A DNA stretch of 64,000 bases from Utricularia gibba. Lineage: Eukaryota; Plantae; Magnoliophyta. Positions 12,791 to 27,914 of the stretch are shown here, piece by piece. Each line of letters begins with the position of its first letter. Within the stretch, counting starts at the first letter, position 1. The notes under the pieces are model-generated. The model had not been told where the DNA came from. It did not search any database and was given only the letters and a program-made list of their open reading frames with translations. The DNA lies in the NCBI GenBank assembly GCA_002189035.1, contig NEEC01000092.1, forward strand, positions 1 to 64,000, in the 5' to 3' direction. The position numbers and the translations under genes are program-made.

Positions 12791-15700
12791 TTGAGAAAAC
12801 CATTTTGGTGCTCATGACATCCTAACTTCAATAAATGCATTACGAATATCGTCGAGTAGGACCTGATGTGGCAAAGGAGTCTGACCGAACCTTGGGTCTG
12901 AACGAAGTTCCCAACGACATCACCCGCCGAAAAACAAAGCTTTTCCTTGAGAAACCATGTAGGCAGCCTATTAAAACCCAACGTTAGTAAATGCATCACG
13001 TTTTTTTGCGGAGCTACAAATGAGTATGGGACCGAGCCGACTCGACCTTTTGCCCGATACCGTGCCCCACTAGAGCGCCTCCTCAAATACAAAGCATGCG
13101 ATTGAGAGAACCATTTTGGGTGCTCATGAAATCCTAACTTCAATAACTGCATCACGATTTTCGTCGAGTAGGACCAGATTTGGCAAAGGAGACAGACCGA
13201 ACCATGGGTCAGAACGAAGTTCACAACGACATCACTCGCCCAAAAACGACAAGCTTTTCCTTGAGAAACCATTGAGGCGGCCTATTAAAACAACCGTTAA
13301 TAAATGCATCAAGTTTTTTGCCGAGCTACAAATGACTATGGGCCGAGCTCGACTCGACCTCCTGCTCGATACCGTTGCCCCAAGAGTGCCTTATCAAATA
13401 TAAAGATGCGATTGAGAAAACCATTTTGGGTGCTCATGACATCCTAACTTCAATAAATGCATTACGATTATCGTCGAGTAGGACCTGATGTGGCAAAGGA
13501 GTCTGACCGAACCTTGGGTCTGAACGAAGTTCACAACGACATCACCCGCCGAAAAACGACAAGCTTTTCCTTGAGAAACCATGTAGGCAGCCTATTAAAA
13601 CCAACGTTAGTAAATGCATCAGTTTTTTGCGGAGCTACAAATGAGTATGGGACCGAGCCGACTCGACCTTTTGTCCGATACCGTTGCCCACTAGAGCGCC
13701 TCCTCAAATACAAAGCATGCGATTGAGAAAACCATTTTGGGTGCTCATGAAATCCTAACTTCAATAACTGCATCACGATTTTCGTCGAGTAGGACCTGAT
13801 GTGGCAAAGGAGTCAGACAGAACCTTGGGTCTGAACGAAGTTCCCAACGACATCACCCGCCGAAAAAACGACAAGCTTTTCCTTGAGAAACCCATTGAGG
13901 CCTATTAAAACCAACGTTAATAAATGCATCAAGTTTTTTGCCGAGCTACAAATGACTATGGGCCCGAGCTCGACTCGACTCCTGCTCGATACCGTTGCCC
14001 CACGAGAGTGCCTTATCAAATATAAAGAATGCGATTGAGAAAACCATTTTGGGTGCTCATGACATCCTAACTTCAATAAATGCATTACGATTCGTCGAGT
14101 AGGACCTGATGTGGCAAAGGAGTCTGACCGAACCTTGGTCTGAACGAAGTTCCAACGACATCACCCGCCGAAAAACGACAAGCTTTTCTTGAGAAACCAT
14201 GTAGGCAGCCTATTAAAACCAACGTTAGTAAATGCATCACGTTTTTTGCGGAGCTACAAATGAGTATGGGACCGAGCCCGACTCGACCTTTTGTCCGATA
14301 CCGTGCCCCACTAGAGCGCCTCCTCAAATACAAAGCATGCGATTGAGAAAACCATTTTGGGTGCTCATGAAATCCTAACTTCAATAACTGCATCACGATT
14401 TTCGTCGAGTAGGACCCGATGTGGCAAAGGAGTCAGACAGAACCTTGGGTCTGAACGAAGTTCCCAACGACATCACCGCCGAAAAACGACAAGCTTTTCC
14501 TTGAGAAACCCATTGAGGCAGCCTATTAAAACCAACCGTTAATAAATGCATCAAGTTTTTTGCCGAGCTACAAATGACTATGGGCCCGAGCTCGACTCGA
14601 CCTCCTGCTCGATACCGTGCCCCACGAGAGTGCCTTATCAAATATAAAGCATGCGATTGAGAAACCATTTTGGGTGCTCATGACATCCTAACTTCAATAA
14701 ATGCATTACGATTTCGTCGAGTAGGACCTGATGTGGCAAAGGAGTCTGACCGAACCTTGGGTCTGAACGAAGTTCCAACGACATCACCCGCCGAAAAACG
14801 ACAAGCTTTTCTTTGAGAAACCATGTAGGCAGCCTATTAAAACCAACGTTAAAATGCATCACGTTTTTTGCGGAGCTACAAATGACTATGGGACCGAGCC
14901 GACTCGACCTTTTGTCCGATACCGTGCCCAGAGCGCCTCCTCAAATATAAAGCATGCGATTGAGAAAACCATTTTGGGTGCTCATGAAATCCTAACTTCA
15001 ATAACTGCATCACGATTTCGTCGAGTAGGACCTGATGTGGCAAAGGAGTCAGACAGAACCTTGGGTCTGAACGAAGTTCAAACGACATCACCGCCGAAAA
15101 ACGACAAGCTTTTCCTTGAGAAACCCATTGAGGCGGCCTATTAAAACCAACGTTAATAAATGCATCAAGTTTTTTGCCGAGCTACAAATGACTATGGGCC
15201 GAGCTCGACTCGACCTCCTGCTCGATACCGTTGCCCCACGAGAGTGCCTTATCAAATATAAAGCATGCGATTGAGAAAACCATTTTGGGTGCTCATGACA
15301 TCCTAACTTCAATAAATGCATCACGATTTCGTCGAGTAGGACCTGATGTGGCAAAGGAGTCAGACCGAACCTTGGGTCTGAACGAAGTTCCAACGACATC
15401 ACCCGCCGAAAAACGACAAGCTTTTCCTTGAGAAACCATGTAGGCAGCCTATTAAAACCAACGTTAATAAATGCATCACGTTTTTTGCGGAGCTACAAAT
15501 GAGTATGGGCCCGAGCTCGACTCGACCTTTGCCGATACGTGCCCCACTAGAGCGCCTCCTCAAATATAAAGCATGCGATTGAGAAAACCATTTTGGGTGC
15601 TCATGAAATCCTAACTTCAATAACTGCATCACGATTTTCGTCGAGTAGGACCGAGTGGCAAAGGAGACAGACCGAACCTGGGTCAGAACGAAGTTCACAA

Positions 15701-18700
15701 CGACATCACCGCCCAAAAACGACAAGCTTTTCCTTGAGAAACTATGTAGGCAGCCTATTAAAACCAACGTTAATAAATGCATCAATTTTTTTGCGAGCTA
15801 CAAATGACTATGGGCCGAGCTCGACTCGACTCCTGCTCGATACCGTTGCCCCACGAGAGTGCCTTATCAAATATAAAGCATGCGGTTGAGAAAACCATTT
15901 TGGGTGCTCATGATATCCTAACTTCAATAACTGCATCACGATTTTCGTCGAGTAGGACCGATGTGCAAAGGAGTCAGACAGAACCTTGGGTCCGAACGAA
16001 GTTCCAACGACATCACCGCCGAAAAACGACAAGCTTTTCCTTGAGAAACCATGAGGCGGCCTATTAAAACCAACCGTTAATAAATGCATCAAGTTTTTGC
16101 CGAGCTACAAATGACTATGGGCCCGAGCTCGACTCGACCTCCTGCTCGATACCGTTGCCCCAGAGTGCCTTATCAAATATAAAGAATGCGATTGAGAAAA
16201 CCATTTTGGGTGCTCATGACATCCTAACTTCAATAAATGCATTACGATTATCGTCGAGTAGGACCTGATGTGGCAAAGGAGTCTGACCGAACCTTGGGTC
16301 TGAACGAAGTTCACAACGACATCACCCGCCGAAAAAACGACAAGCTTTTCCTTGAGAAACCATGTAGGCAGCCTATTAAAACCAACGTTAGTAAATGCAT
16401 CACGTTTTTTGCGGAGCTACAAATGAGTATGGGCCGAGCCCGACTCGACCTTTTGCCGATACCGTGCCCCACTAGAGCGCCTCCTCAAATAAAGCATGCG
16501 ATTGAGAAAACCATTTTGGGTGCTCATGAAATCCTAACTTCAATAACTGCATCACGATTTTCGTCGAGTAGGACCCGATGTGGCAAAGGAGTCAGACAGA
16601 ACCTTGGGTCTGAACGAAGTTCCCAACGACATCACCGCCGAAAACGACAAGCTTTTCCTTGAGAAACCCATTGAGGCAGCCTATTAAAACCAACCGTTAA
16701 TAAATGCATCAAGTTTTTTGCCGAGCTACAAATGACTATGGGCCCGAGCTCGACTCGACCTCCTGCTCGATACCGTTGCCCACGAGAGTGCCTTATCAAA
16801 TATAAAGAATGCGATTGAGAAAACCATTTTGGGTGCTCATGACATCCTAACTTCAATAAATGCATTACGATTTCGTCGAGTAGGACCTGATGTGGCAAAG
16901 GAGTCTGACCGAACCTTGGGTCTGAACGAAGTTCCCAACGACATCACCCGCCGAAAAACGACAAGCTTTTCCTTGAGAAACCATGTAGGCAGCCTATTAA
17001 AACCAACGTTAGTAAATGCATCACGTTTTTTGCGGAGCTACAAATGACTATGGGACCGAGCCCGACTCGACCTTTGCCGATACCGTGCCCCACTAGAGCG
17101 CCTCCTCAAATACAAAGCATGCGATTGAGAAAACCATTTTGGGTGCTCATGAAATCCTAACTTCAATAACTGCATCACGATTTTCGTCGAGTAGGACCGA
17201 TGTGGCAAAGGAGTCAGACCGAACCTTGGGTCAGAACGAAGTTCCAACGACATCACCGCCAAAAACGACAAGCTTTTCCTTGAGAAACCATTGAGGCGGC
17301 CTATTAAAACCAACCGTTAATAAATGCATCAAGTTTTTTGCCGAGCTACAAATGACTATGGGCCGAGCTCGACTCGACCTCCTGCTCGATACCGTTGCCC
17401 CACGAGAGTGCCTATCAAATATAAAGCATGCGGTTGAGAAAACCATTTTGGGTGCTCATGATATCCTAACTTCAATAACTGCATCACGATTTTCGTCGAG
17501 TAGGACCGATTTGCAAAGGAGTCTGACAGAACCTTGGGTCTGAACGAAGTTCCAACGACATCACCCGCCGAAAAACGACAAGCTTTTCCTTGAGAAACCA
17601 TTGAGGCGGCCTATTAAAACCAACCGTTAATAAATGCATCAAGTTTTTTTGCCGAGCTACAAATGACTATGGCCCGAGCTCGACTCGACCTCCTGCTCGA
17701 TACCGTGCCCACGAGAGTGCCTTATCAAATATAAAGAATGCGATTGAGAAAACCATTTTGGGTGCTCATGACATCCTAACTTCAATAAATGCATTACGAT
17801 TATCGTCGAGTAGGACCTGATGGCAAAGGAGTCTGACCGAACCTTGGGTCTGAACGAAGTTCCCAACGACATCACCGCCGAAAAACGACAAGCTTTTCCT
17901 TGAGAAACCATGTAGGCAGCCTATTAAAACCCAACGTTAGTAAATGCATCACGTTTTTTGCGAGCTACAAATGAGTATGGGACCGAGCCCGACTCGACCT
18001 TTTGCCGATACCGTGCCCCACTAGAGCGCCTCCTCAAATACAAAGCATGCGATTGAGAAAACCATTTTGGGTGCTCATGAAATCCTAACTTCAATAACTG
18101 CATTACGATTTTCGTCGAGTAGGACCGATGTGGCAAAGGAGTCAGACAGAACCTTGGGTCTGAACGAAGTTCCCAACGACATCACCCGCCGAAAAACGAC
18201 AAGCTTTTCCTTGAGAAACCCATTGAGGCGGCCTATTAAAACCAACCGTTAATAAATGCATCAAGTTTTTTGCCGAGCTACAAATGACTATGGGCCCGAG
18301 CTCGACTCGACCTCCTGCTCGATACCGTTGCCCCACGAGAGTGCCTTATCAAATATAAAGCATGCGATTGAGAAAACCATTTTGGGTGCTCATGACATCC
18401 TAACTTCAATAAATGCATTACGATTATCGTCGAGTAGGACCTGATGTGGCAAAGGAGTCTGACCGAACCTTGGGTCTGAACGAAGTTCACAACGACATCA
18501 CCCGCCGAAAAACGACAAGCTTTTCCTTGAGAAACCATGTAGGCAGCCTATTAAAACCCAACGTTAGTAAATGCATCACGTTTTTTGCGGAGCTACAAAT
18601 GAGTATGGGACCGAGCCGACTCGACCTTTTGCCGATACCGTGCCCACTAGAGCGCCTCCTCAAATACAAAGCATGCGATTGAGAAAACCATTTTGGGTGC

Positions 18701-21700
18701 TCATGAAATCCTAACTTCAATAACTGCATCACGATTTTCGTCGAGTAGGACCCGATGTGGCAAAGGAGTCAGACAGAACCTTGGGTCTGAACGAAGTTCC
18801 CAACGACATCACCGCCGAAAAACGACAAGCTTTTCCTTGAGAAACCATTGAGGCGGCCTATTAAAACCAACCGTTAATAAATGCATCAAGTTTTTTGCCG
18901 AGCTACAAATGACTATGGGCCCGAGCTCGACTCGACCTCCTGCTCGATACCGTTGCCCCACGAGAGTGCCTTATCAAATATAAAGCATGCGATTGAGAAA
19001 ACCATTTTGGGTGCTCATGACATCCTAACTTCAATAAATGCATTACGATTATCGTCGAGTAGGACCTGATGTGGCAAAGGAGTCTGACCGAACCTTGGGT
19101 CTGAACGAAGTTCCCAACGACATCACCCGCCGAAAAACGACAAGCTTTTCTTTGAGAAACCATGTAGGCAGCCTATTAAAACCCAACGTTAGTAAATGCA
19201 TCACGTTTTTTGCGGAGCTACAAATGAGTATGGGACCGAGCCCGACTCGACCTTTTGCCCGATACCGTGCCCCACTAGAGCGCCTCCTCAAATACAAAGC
19301 ATGCGATTGAGAAAACCATTTTGGGTGCTCATGAAATCCTAACTTCAATAACTGCATTACGATTATCGTCGAGTAGGACCTGATGTGGCAAAGGAGTCAG
19401 ACAGAACCTTGGGTCTGAACGAAGTTCCCAACGACATCACCCGCCGAAAAACGACAAGCTTTTCCTTGAGAAACCCATTGAGGCGGCCTATTAAAACCAA
19501 CCGTTAATAAATGCATCAAGTTTTTTGCCGAGCTACAAATGACTATGGGCCGAGCTCGACTCGACCTCCTGCTCGATACCGTGCCCCACGAGAGTGCCTT
19601 ATCAAATATAAAGAATGCGATTGAGAAAACCATTTTGGGTGCTCATGACATCCTAACTTCAATAAATGCATTACGATTATCGTCGAGTAGGACCTGATGT
19701 GGCAAAGGAGTCTGACCGAACCTTGGGTCTGAACGAAGTTCACAACGACATCACCCGCCGAAAACGACAAGCTTTTCCTTGAGAAACCATGTAGGCAGCC
19801 TATTAAAACCCAACGTTAGTAAATGCATCACGTTTTTTGCGGAGCTACAAATGAGTATGGGACCGAGCCGACTCGACCTTTTGCCGATACCGTGCCCCAC
19901 TAGAGCGCCTCCTCAAATACAAAGCATGCGATTGAGAAAACCATTTTGGGTGCTCATGAAATCCTAACTTCAATAACTGCATCACGATTTTCGTCGAGTA
20001 GGACCCGATGTGGCAAAGGAGTCAGACAGAACCTTGGGTCTGAACGAAGTTCCAACGACATCACCCGCCGAAAAACGACAAGCTTTTCCTTGAGAAACCC
20101 ATTGAGGCGCCTATTAAAACCAACCGTTAATAAATGCATCAAGTTTTTTGCCGAGCTACAAATGACTATGGGCCCGAGCTCGACTCGACCTCCTGCTCGA
20201 TACCGTTGCCCCACGAGAGTGCCTTATCAAATATAAAGAATGCGATTGAGAAAACCATTTTGGGTGCTCATGACATCCTAACTTCAATAAATGCATTACG
20301 ATTATCGTCGAGTAGGACCTGATGTGGCAAAGGAGTCTGACCGAACCTTGGGTCTGAACGAAGTTCCCAACGACATCACCCGCCGAAAAACGACAAGCTT
20401 TTCTTTGAGAAACCATGTAGGCAGCCTATTAAAACCAACGTTAGTAAATGCATCACGTTTTTTGCGGAGCTACAAATGAGTATGGGACCGAGCCCGACTC
20501 GACCTTTTGCCGATACCGTGCCCCACTAGAGCGCCTCCTCAATATAAAGCATGCGATTGAGAAAACCATTTTGGGTGCTCATGAAATCCTAACTTCAATA
20601 ACTGCATCACGATTTTCGTCGAGTAGGACCCGATGTGGCAAAGGAGTCAGACAGAACCTTGGGTCTGAACGAAGTTCCCAACGACATCACCGCCGAAAAC
20701 GACAAGCTTTTCCTTGAGAAACCCATTGAGGCAGCCTATTAAAACCAACCGTTAATAAATGCATCAAGTTTTTTGCCGAGCTACAAATGACTATGGGCCC
20801 GAGCTCGACTCGACCTCCTGCTCGATACCGTTGCCCCACGAGAGTGCCTTATCAAATATAAAGAATGCGATTGAGAAACCATTTTGGGTGCTCATGACAT
20901 CCTAACTTCAATAAATGCATTACGATTATCGTCGAGTAGGACCTGATGTGGCAAAGGAGTCTGACCGAACCTTGGGTCTGAACGAAGTTCCAAACGACAT
21001 CACCCGCCGAAAAACGACAAGCTTTTCCTTGAGAAACCATGTAGGCAGCCTATTAAAACCCAACGTTAGTAAATGCATCACGTTTTTTGCGGAGCTACAA
21101 ATGAGTATGGGACCGAGCCCGACTCGACCTTTTGCCGATACCGTGCCCCACTAGAGCGCCTCCTCAAATACAAAGCATGCGATTGAGAAAACCATTTTGG
21201 GTGCTCATGAAATCCTAACTTCAATAACTGCATCACGATTCGTCGAGTAGGACCGATGTGCAAAGGAGTCAGACAGAACCTTGGGTCTGAACGAAGTTCC
21301 AACGACATCACCCGCCGAAAAACGACAAGCTTTTCCTTGAGAAACCCATTGAGGCGGCCTATTAAAACCAACCGTTAATAAATGCATCAAGTTTTTGCCG
21401 AGCTACAAATGACTATGGGCCCGAGCTCGACTCGACCTCCTGCTCGATACCGTTGCCCCACGAGAGTGCCTTATCAAATATAAAGAATGCAATTGAAAAA
21501 CCATTTTGGGTGCTCATGACATCCTAACTTCAATAAATGCATTACGATTATCGTCGAGTAGGACCTGATGTGGCAAAGGAGTCTGACCGAACCTTGGGTC
21601 TGAACGAAGTTCCCAACGACATCACCCGCCGAAAAACGACAAGCTTTTCCTTGAGAAACCATGTAGGCAGCCTATTAAAACCCAACGTTAGTAAATGCAT

Positions 21701-24700
21701 CACGTTTTTTGCGGAGCTACAAATGAGTATGGGACCGAGCCCGACTCGACCTTTTGCCCGATACCGTGCCCCACTAGAGCGCCTCCTCAAATACAAAGCA
21801 TGCGATTGAGAAAACCATTTTGGGTGCTCATGAAATCCTAACTTCAATAACTGCATCACGATTTTCGTCGAGTAGGACCAGATTGGCAAAGGAGACAGAC
21901 CGAACCATGGGTCAGAACGAAGTTCACAACGACATCACTCGCCCAAAAACGACAAGCTTTTCCTTGAGAAAACCATGTAGGCGCCTAATAAAACAACGTT
22001 AATAAATGCATCAATTTTTTTGCCGAGCTACAAATGACTATGGGCCGAGCTCGACTCGACCTCCTGCTCGATACCGTTGCCCCACGAGAGTGCCTTATCA
22101 AATATAAAGCATGCGGTTGAGAAAACCATTTTGGGTGCTCATGATATCCTAACTTCAATAACTGCATCACGATTTTCGTCGAGTAGGACCCGATGTGGCA
22201 AAGGAGTCAGACAGAACCTTGGGTCGAACGAAGTTCAAAACGACATCACCCGCCGAAAAACGACAAGCTTTTCCTTGAGAAACCATTGAGGCGGCCTATT
22301 AAAACCAACCGTTAATAAATGCATCAAGTTTTTTGCCGAGCTACAAATGACTATGGGCCGAGCTCGACTCGACCTCCTGCTCGATACCGTTGCCCCAGAG
22401 TGCCTTATCAAATATAAAGCATGCGATTGAGAAAACCATTTTGGGTGCTCATGACATCCTAACTTCAATAAATGCATTACGATTTCGTCGAGTAGGACCT
22501 GATGTGGCAAAGGAGTCTGACCGAACCTTGGGTCTGAACGAAGTTCACAACGACATCACCGCCGAAAAAACGACAAGCTTTTCCTTGAGAAACCATGTAG
22601 GCAGCCTATTAAAACCAACGTTAGTAAATGCATCACGTTTTTTGCGGAGCTACAAATGAGTATGGGCCGAGCCGACTCGACCTTTGTCCGATACCGTGCC
22701 CCACTAGAGCGCCTCCTCAAATAAAGCATGCGATTGAGAAAACCATTTTGGGTGCTCATGAAATCCTAACTTCAATAACTGCATCACGATTTTCGTCGAG
22801 TAGGACCCGATGTGGCAAAGGAGTCAGACAGAACCTTGGGTCAGAACGAAGTTCCCAACGACATCACCGCCAAAACGACAAGCTTTTCCTTGAGAAACCA
22901 TTGAGGCAGCCTATTAAAACCAACCGTTAATAAATGCATCAAGTTTTTTGCCGAGCTACAAATGACTATGGGCCCGAGCTCGACTCGACCTCCTGCTCGA
23001 TACCGTTGCCCCACGAGAGTGCCTTATCAAATATAAAGAATGCGATTGAGAAAGCCATTTTGGGTGCTCATGACATCCTAACTTCAATAAATGCATTACG
23101 ATTTCGTCGAGTAGGACCTGATGTGGCAAAGGAGTCTGACCGAACCTTGGGTCTGAACGAAGTTCCCAACGACATCACCCGCCGAAAAACGACAAGCTTT
23201 TCCTTGAGAAACCATGTAGGCAGCCTATTAAAACCCAACGTTAATAAATGCATCACGTTTTTTGCGGAGCTACAAATGACTATGGGCCGAGCCCGACTCG
23301 ACCTTTTGCCGATACCGTGCCCCACTAGAGCGCCTCCTCAAATACAAAGCATGCGATTGAGAAAACCATTTTGGGTGCTCATGAAATCCTAACTTCAATA
23401 ACTGCATCACGATTTTCGTCGAGTAGGACCCGATGTGGCAAAGGAGTCAGACCGAACCTTGGGTCAGAACGAAGTTCCAAAAGACATCACCGCCAAAAAC
23501 GACAAGCTTTTCCTTGAGAAACCATTGAGGCGGCCTATTAAAACCAACCGTTAATAAATGCATCAAGTTTTTTGCCGAGCTACAAATGACTATGGGCCCG
23601 AGCTCGACTCGACCTCCTGCTCGATACCGTTGCCCCACGAGAGTGCCTATCAAATATAAAGCATGCGGTTGAGAAAACATTTTGGGTGCTCATGATATCC
23701 TAACTTCAATAACTGCATCACGATTTTCGTCGAGTAGGACCGATGGCAAAGGAGTCAGACAGAACCTTGGGTCTGAACGAAGTTCCCAACGACATCACCG
23801 CCGAAAAACGACAAGCTTTTCTTTGAGAAACCCATTGAGGCGGCCTATTAAAACCAACCGTTAATAAATGCATCAAGTTTTTTGCCGAGCTACAAATGAC
23901 TATGGCCCGAGCTCGACTCGACCTCCTGCTCGATACCGTTGCCCCACGAGAGTGCCTTATCAAATAAAGCATGCGATTGAGAAAACCATTTTGGGTGCTC
24001 ATGACATCCTAACTTCAATAAATGCATCACGATTTCGTCGAGTAGGACCGATGTGGCAAAGGAGTCAGACCGAACCTTGGGTCTGAACGAAGTTCCCAAC
24101 GACATCACCCGCGAAAAACGACAAGCTTTTCCTTGAGAAACCATGTAGGCAGCCTATTAAAACCAACGTTAATAAATGCATCAAGTTTTTTGCGGAGCTA
24201 CAAATGACTATGGGCCCGAGCCCGACTCGACCTTTTGCCGATACCGTTGCCCCACGAGAGCGCCTTATCAAATATAAAGCATGCGATTGAGAAAACCATT
24301 TTGGGTGCTCATGAAATCCTAACTTCAATAACTGCATTACGATTTTCGTCGAGTAGGACCTGATGTGGCAAAGGAGTCAGACAGAACCTTGGGTCTGAAC
24401 GAAGTTCCCAACGACATCACCCGCCAAAAACGACAAGCTTTTCCTTGAGAAACCCATTGAGGCGGCCTATTAAAACCAACGTTAATAAATGCATCAAGTT
24501 TTTTGCCGAGCTACAAATGACTATGGGCCGAGCTCGACTCGACCTCCTGCTCGATACCGTGCCCACGAGAGTGCCTTATCAAATATAAAGAATGCGATTG
24601 AGAAAACATTTTGGGTGCTCATGACATCCTAACTTCAATAACTGCATTACGATTTCGTCGAGTAGGACCTGATGTGGCAAAGGAGTCTGACCGAACCTTG

Positions 24701-27700
24701 GGTCTGAACGAAGTTCACAACGACATCACCCGCCGAAAAACGACAAGCTTTTCCTTGAGAAACCATGTAGGCAGCCTATTAAAACCAACGTTAATAAATG
24801 CATCAAGTTTTTTGCGGAGCTACAAATGACTATGGGACCGAGCCCGACTCGACCTTTTGCCGATACCGTGCCCACTAGAGCGCCTCCTCAAATACAAAGC
24901 ATGCGATTGAGAAACCATTTTGGGTGCTCATGAAATCCTAACTTCAATAACTGCATCGATTTTCGTCGAGTAGGACCGATGTGGCAAAGGAGTCAGACAG
25001 AACCTTGGGTCTGAACGAAGTTCCCAACGACATCACCGCCAAAAACGACAAGCTTTTCCTTGAGAAACCATTGAGGCGGCCTATTAAAACCAACCGTTAT
25101 AAATGCATCAAGTTTTTTGCCGAGCTACAAATGACTATGGGCCCGAGCTCGACTCGACCTCCTGCTCGATACCGTTGCCCCACGAGAGTGCCTTATCAAA
25201 TATAAAGCATGCGATTGAGAAAACCATTTTGGGTGCTCATGACATCCTAACTTCAATAAATGCATTACGATTTTCGTCGAGTAGGACCTGATGTGGCAAA
25301 GGAGTCAGACCGAACCTTGGGTCTGAACGAAGTTCCCAACGACATCACCCGCCGAAAAACGACAAGCTTTTCCTTGAGAAACCATGTAGGCAGCCTATTA
25401 AAACCAACGTTAATAAATGCATCACGTTTTTTGCGGAGCTACAAATGACTATGGGACCGAGCCCGACTCGACCTTTTGCCCGATACCGTGCCCCACTAGA
25501 GCGCCTCCTCAAATACAAAGCATGCGATTGAGAAAACCATTTTGGGTGCTCATGAAATCCTAACTTCAATAACTGCATCACGATTTCGTCGAGTAGGACC
25601 GATGTGGCAAAGGAGTCAGACAGAACCTTGGGTCTGAACGAAGTTCCCAACGACATCACCCGCCGAAAAACGACAAGCTTTTCCTTGAGAAACCATTGAG
25701 GCGGCCTATTAAAACCAACCGTTAATAAATGCATCAAGTTTTTTGCCGAGCTACAAATGACTATGGGCCCGAGCTCGACTCGACCTCCTGCTCGATACCG
25801 CCCCACGAGAGTGCCTTATCAAATATAAAGAATGCGATTGAGAAAACATTTTGGGTGCTCATGACATCCTAACTTCAATAAATGCATTACGATTTTCGTC
25901 GAGTAGGACCTGATGTGGCAAAGGAGTCTGACCGAACCTTGGGTCTGAACGAAGTTCACAACGACATCACCCGCCGAAAAACGACAAGCTTTTCCTTGAG
26001 AAACCATGTAGGCAGCCTATTAAAACCCAACGTTAGTAAATGCATCACGTTTTTTGCGGAGCTACAAATGAGTATGGGACCGAGCCCGACTCGACCTTTT
26101 GCCGATACCGTGCCCCACTAGAGCGCCTCCTCAAATACAAAGCATGCGATTGAGAAAACCATTTTGGGTGCTCATGAAATCCTAACTTCAATAACTGCAT
26201 CACGATTTTCGTCGAGTAGGACCGATGTGGCAAAGGAGTCAGACAGAACCTTGGGTCTGAACGAAGTTCCCAACGACATCACCCGCCGAAAAACGACAAG
26301 CTTTTCCTTGAGAAACCATTGAGGCGGCCTATTAAAACCAACCGTTAATAAATGCATCAAGTTTTTTGCCGAGCTACAAATGACTATGGGCCCGAGCTCG
26401 ACTCGACCTCCTGCTCGATACCGTTGCCCCACGAGAGTGCCTTATCAAATATAAAAGATGCGATTGAGAAAACCATTTTGGGTGCTCATGACATCCTAAC
26501 TTCAATAAATGCATTACGATTTCGTCGAGTAGGACCTGATGTGGCAAAGGAGTCTGACCGAACCTTGGGTCTGAACGAAGTTCCCAACGACATCACCCGC
26601 CGAAAAACGACAAGCTTTTCCTTGAGAAACCATGTAGGCAGCCTATTAAAACCCAACGTTAGTAAATGCATCACGTTTTTTGCGGAGCTACAAATGAGTA
26701 TGGGACCGAGCCCGACTCGACCTTTTGTCCGATACCGTGCCCCACTAGAGCGCCTCCTCAAATACAAAGCATGCGATTGAGAAAACCATTTTGGGTGCTC
26801 ATGAAATCCTAACTTCAATAACTGCATCACGATTTTCGTCGAGTAGGACCCGATGTGGCAAAGGAGTCAGACAGAACCTTGGGTCTGAACGAAGTTCCCA
26901 ACGACATCACCGCCAAAAACGACAAGCTTTTCCTTGAGAAACCATTGAGGCAGCCTATTAAAACCAACCGTTAATAAATGCATCAAGTTTTTTGCCGAGC
27001 TACAAATGACTATGGGCCCGAGCTCGACTCGACCTCCTGCTCGATACCGTTGCCCCACGAGAGTGCCTTATCAAATATAAAGAATGCGATTGAGAAAACC
27101 ATTTTGGGTGCTCATGACATCCTAACTTCAATAAATGCATTCGATTTCGTCGAGTAGGACCGATGTGGCAAAGGAGTCTGACCGAACCTTGGGTCTGAAC
27201 GAAGTTCCCAACGACATCACCCGCCGAAAAACGACAAGCTTTTCCTTGAGAAACCATGTAGGCAGCCTATTAAAACCAACGTTAATAAATGCATCATTTT
27301 TTGCGGAGCTACAAATTATGGGCCGAGCCGACTCGACCTTTTGCCGATACCGTGCCCCACGAGAGCGCCTCCTCAAATATAAAGCATGCGATTGAGAAAA
27401 CCATTTTGGGTGCTCATGAATCCTAACTTCAATAACTGCATCACGATTTCGTCGAGTAGGACCGATGTGGCAAAGGAGTCAGACAGAACCTTGGGTCTGA
27501 ACGAAGTTCCCAACGACATCACCGCCAAAAACGACAAGCTTTTCCTTGAGAAACCATTGAGGCGGCCTATTAAAACCAACGTTAATAAATGCATCAAGTT
27601 TTTTGCCGAGCTACAAATGACTATGGGCCCGAGCTCGACTCGACCTCCTGCTCGATACCGTTGCCCCACGAGAGTGCCTTATCAAATATAAAGCATGCGG

Positions 27701-27914
27701 TTGAGAAAACCATTTTGGGTGCTCATGAATCCTAACTTCAATAAATGCATTACGATTTCGTCGAGTAGGACCTGATGTGGCAAAGGAGTCTGACCGAACC
27801 TTGGGTCTGAACGAAGTTCCAACGACATCACCCGCCGAAAAACGACAAGCTTTTCCTTGAGAAACCATGTAGGCAGCCTATTAAAACCCAACGTTAGTAA
27901 ATGCATCACGTTTT
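12791..27914 (+). repeat. HOR domain II: alternating 2-monomer repeat (Y-X), ~625 bp, with occasional extra monomers; lacks C and D
   Basis: The Y marker GTTAGTAAATGCATCACG occurs at 17936, 18563, 19188, 19815, 20440, 21065 and 21687 (spacing 622-627). Occasional ~930 bp steps occur where a W-type monomer is inserted (near 15.9, 17.4 and 22.1 kb). Confidence 0.88.
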
